Assembly: GCA_014905635.1 (NCBI GenBank)
Contig: JABVCE010000034.1
Span: 186,001-250,000, forward strand
Direction: 5' to 3'
Length of the DNA: 64,000 bases
Origin: Scenedesmus sp. PABB004
Lineage: Eukaryota
Below, piece after piece: positions 60,157-64,000 of the stretch. Under the pieces are notes generated by a model that saw only the letters and a program-made list of their open reading frames with translations, did not search any database and was not told the DNA's origin. Each line of letters begins with the position of its first letter. Within the stretch, counting starts at the first letter, position 1. The translations under genes were made by a program, and so were the position numbers.

Positions 60157-61707
60157 ATGTCCAGCATCGTCAAGCTCAACGTGGGCGGCGTCCCGTACGC
60201 GACGTCGATTGCGACGCTGTGTGCGGTGCCGCAGAGCTACTTCGACTGCCTCTTCTCCGGGCGCTGGGAGCAGCAGGTCCTTCCCAGTGGCGAGGTGTTC
60301 CTGGACCGCGACGGCGAGGTGGGCGGCGGCGGCGGCCTGGGCGGGGCCGCGAGCTGCTGCCCGCGCATCCCCGCACCGCGCGCCCGCCAGCGCCCGCCAG
60401 CTGCCCGGGGCGCCCGCGGGGTCGCGTACGCGCCGCGCCCGACCTCTCGCGCCGCATACCACGGTCGCCGCGCCGCGGCACTCGCGGGAGTGGGCGCCCG
60501 ACCGGCCGCGGGCTGGCGCCTCGCACGCGGGGTGCCCCGGCCCCGCCGCGCGCCGGAGACGGCCGGGGCGCCTGGCATGCGCGCGGGGCGCGTCCGCGGC
60601 GCGCGCCGGACGCGCGGCGCGGCGCGGCGCCGCCGCGGCCTCCGGAGCCAGGGCTGGCAGCGGCGCGGCGGCGCCGCGCGGCCGCACCACCGACGCGCCG
60701 CCGCCGCCGCCGTGCGCCCCCTGCCCAGGTGTTCAAGTACGTGCTTGCCTACCTGCGCGCGCGCGCGTCGTGCAGCGACGCGGTGTGCCTGCCGACGGAC
60801 GAGGCGGCGCGGCACGCGCTGCGCGCCGAGGCGCGCTACTTTGCGCTGCCCTGCCTCGAGGCGCTGCTCGAATCGCCCGCGGGCAGCTTCAGCGACGTCT
60901 ACCGCGCCCAGAGCACCGCGCTGGACGCGTACATCGCGGCGCAGCCGTTCAACGCGGTCAAGCAGCTCATGTTTGACATACTGCTCGGCACCAAGCGCCT
61001 CGCGAGCGCGTGGAACCCGGGGCTGGAGCAGGGCGCGATCATGGTCAGCCTCATGAACGCGCCCCTCATCCGCTGCGCCTTCAGCGTCACCATCGCGAGC
61101 GACCACGTCAAGCTCAGCGGTGGGGCGCGAGCGCGGCGGCGGCGGACGGGGCGGGCGGCGGCGGCCGCGGCGCGGCGCGCGCACACCGCCGTGCCCCGCC
61201 TGCCCCGCGCTCACGCACACGCGCCCGCCACAGAGGACAAGAACCGCTTCAAGGTCGTGCTGCCGGACCAGCTGCTCGAGAGCGTGTTCAGCGGGTGCGC
61301 CGGGGCCGACGGTCGAGGGCTTGCGGGGGCCCGCGCCGCCCGCCGCCGCCGCCGCCGCCGCGCGGCCGCAACCCTGTGTGTGTCCCCCGGCCTAAACCCT
61401 GCCGCGGCCGCCGCTGTCCTAAAACCCCAGGTACTACGAGATCTACATGTATGACTTTGCCGACCGCGACGAGATCGCCGCGCTCAACGCGTGCCTCTAC
61501 AACCTCGGCACGCGCGCGGTGCTGCTGCGCCTGCTGCAGGAGGAGCAGGCCACGTTTGACGTGCGCATGGCCTACGACAAGCGCCCGCGCAGCGCGCCCG
61601 GCGGCGCCGGCGGGCGGGGTTGTGAGGAGTATGCCGACTACGAGCTTGTGCTCGAGTTCCACCGCCGCGCGCCGCCGCACAGCCCGCGCCTCTCCGCGCC
61701 GTCCTGA
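60157..61707 (+). CDS. KCTD-type BTB/POZ domain protein
   Basis: IVKLNVGGVPYATSIATL...SYFDCLFSGRW...VFLDRDGEVFKYVLAYLR...EARYFALPCL. Three GT-AG introns. Confidence 0.87.
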
Positions 61708-62548
61708 CGCCGCGCGCGCGGGCGGCGCGGGGCGGCGCGGGCGGGGGCAGGGGGCGGGACGGGGACGGGGACGGGGGCTGACCGCGGCGCGCGGCGCCGC
61801 GCGCGCGCCGCGCCCCCGCGGCGTCGCCGCGGGGGCGCGGCGACCGGCGGCGCCCCGCGGCGCCGGCGGCAGGGCTGACGTGTGCGACGCTCCCTCTCTG
61901 TGGCCATTGCCAGGGTGCGCGGCCGCCCGCGCCGCGCTCCGCGGGGCGGGCCCCCGCGGGGGGGTCCGCCCCGCCAGCAGGACGCGCGCGGGCGGCCGCC
62001 GTTTTGACTTGTGCGCGTGTGTTCGCGTGTGTGGATGGCGCTGTGAGCGCGACGATGATGTATCACCAGCCGGGGCGCTGCTGCAGCGCGGCGCTTCATT
62101 GACCGCCTGACGTTTGAGCACACACCAACAACACACGCCTGGCGCGGCGGCGCGCGCGCTCGCCGCGCCGCCGGCCCGCGCGACGCAGCTTTCTGGCGCG
62201 GCCCGGACGAACCAAGTGTGGCACTGACCTGCTGCTGCTGGGGTGGGGCTGGGGCTGGGGCGCTGGGCGGGGGAGAGCTGTGCGCCCAGCGCGGCGGCGC
62301 GCGGGCGGCGGGCGCTGTCGGTGCCTGCAGGCGCTGCGCGCGCGATCGATTGATCGGCGGCGCGGCCGGTTTGGGGGCCGGCGCTGGCGGGGAGCGGGGG
62401 CTGTGCAGTGAGCGTGTGCCAGCGTGTCCCCCTGCATCGCAGAAAACGAGTAACGACGCCGACGGAACGGAGCCGCTCGGTTGCACCCCCGGCAGCAGCA
62501 CCGCCGCACCGCGCCGCGCCGCGCCGCCGGGCGCGCGCGCCGGACGCG

Positions 62549-63788
62549 TCACTGCTTGGCGTACGTCAGCGTCATCGCGCGCTCGGGCGTGATCTTGAAC
62601 CCCTGCAGCCCCGCCATCGCGGTGCCCGCGCTGAGCGCGCTGTCAAACTCGACAAACGCGATGCCGGGGCGGCTCTCCACCATGCGCACCTGCGCACACG
62701 CACGCGCGTGTGTGTGTGTGTGGGTGGGTGCGGGTGGGTGGGTGGGTGGAAGGGTGGGTGGCAGCGGCAGGCGGCGGGCGGCGGCGACCGCCAGCGCGCG
62801 CGCGCGAGCGCGACCCGCCGGCCAGGCCCCCCCCCCCCCTGCCCGGGCGGCGGCGGCGGCGCGGTGTCACCTCGGCGAAGCCCGGGTACTGCTGGAACAG
62901 CAGCGTGAGCATGCCGCTCGTGGTCGCCTCGGGCAGGCCCGTGGCAAACAGGATCTTGTGCGGCGGCGCCGCGCCGTCGGCGGCGCCCGCGCCCGCCGCG
63001 GCGCCCGCGGCGGCGCCGCCGCCGGCGGCCTTGGCCTGGCTGCGCTTGATGAGGTTGTCTGGGGAAGCAGGGGGCAGGAGGGGGGGGGCGGAGGGGGCCG
63101 TGAGCGCGCGCGCCCCGCGCCGCCGTGTGCAGCCCGCCGCCGCAGGGGCCTGCCCTCGCCCGGCGCTCACCGCGCGCGGCGGCGCTCTTCTTGCCGCGGT
63201 CCTTGTCGGGCTTGAAGCTGCCGTCCAGCTTGGCCACGGCGTCGCTCTTGGTGTGCGCGAACGAGACGCGCTGCCGGGCGCGCGGGCGGCGGCAACGGAC
63301 GGCGCGTGGGCGCGCCGCCGCGCGCTGCGCCGCCCCCTGCCGCCCCCCCCCCCCCCACACACACACACACACAAAACGCAGGCGCACGCGCAGGCGCTCA
63401 ACACACGGCCACCCCCCTCCTGCGCTCGCTCACGATGGGCTTGTCAAAGAAGGGGAAGCCCTGCATCGCGGTCTTGGCGTTTGTCGCGGCCGCGACGTCG
63501 CTGAACACCACCCACGCCTGCCCGCGCAGGCGCAGCGTCTTCAGCGCCACGACGTCGATGATCTTGCCAAACTGGCTGAACATCGCGTACAGCGCCTTGC
63601 GCAGCTCTGCGCGCGGCAGCGCGGCGGCCGGGCACACGTCGGCGGCGCGGGTCGGCGCCGCGGCCGGCCGGCGGGCGCCTGCTGCTGCCGCGACGCTGCT
63701 GCCGCGCCGCGCGGTGTGCGCCGCGGCGGGGTGCCGCTGGCTCACCCTCTTTGGGGAGCTTCTCATAGAGGTTGTTGATGTAGATCGT
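62549..63788 (-). CDS. Spliceosomal U2B''/U1A-family two-RRM protein (U2B''-like); 5'-partial
   Basis: [81 protein letters not shown]...TYAKQ*. The VALKT loop favours U2B''. First exon lies beyond the window. Confidence 0.92.
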
Positions 63789-64000
63789 CTGCGGCGGCAG
63801 ACGCGGCGGCGGCAGACGCAGCGGCGGCGGCGGACGCGGCGCCCACCGGTGAGCGCACGCCGCCAGCGCCGCAGCACGTCGGAGCAGCTGCCACGCCGTC
63901 GCACCGCCGGCAGCCGCGGCGCTGCAGCGCCAAGCGGGGCAGCCGCCGGGCAGGCAGGCGGCGCGGCGCACGAGCAGCAGCAGCGCCGGCGGCCGCGCCG

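Overview
This is eukaryotic nuclear DNA: extremely GC-rich, intron-dense and gene-dense, with about 23 spliced protein-coding genes in 64 kb. The gene set (CYP37, NOL-like SDR, plant-type RR-TZF), GTGCG/GTGAG donors, TGTAA signals and TTTAGGG-like motifs point to a chlorophyte green alga; a Selenastraceae-like alga is my inference. Nearly all listed six-frame ORFs are GC-driven artefacts or exon/intron read-throughs, so I rebuilt gene models by hand from conserved motifs. Genes in order: TSP1-subtilase, RR-TZF CCCH protein, kinesin-4-like, V-ATPase B, BTB protein, small acidic protein, NAT/NCS2 transporter, FTSH4, UBA52, UBC2/RAD6, CYP37, alginate-lyase-like, SnoaL-like, ankyrin protein, metallothionein, GH5 mannanase-like, single-pass membrane protein, 4xCCCH protein, ARL2, NOL-like SDR, USP, second BTB protein, U2B''/U1A. 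Main observations: (1) about 18 of roughly 120 introns use GC donors, almost all AG|gcgcg, plus one candidate GA donor; (2) three long miRNA-like foldbacks lie in the two longest FTSH4 introns; (3) intronic repeats are built from branch-point-like and telomere-like units; (4) there is a short, probably acylated kinesin-4 and two probable pseudoenzymes; (5) several 1-2 nt frameshifts are most likely assembly errors. I saw no rRNA, tRNA, CRISPR or transposase.
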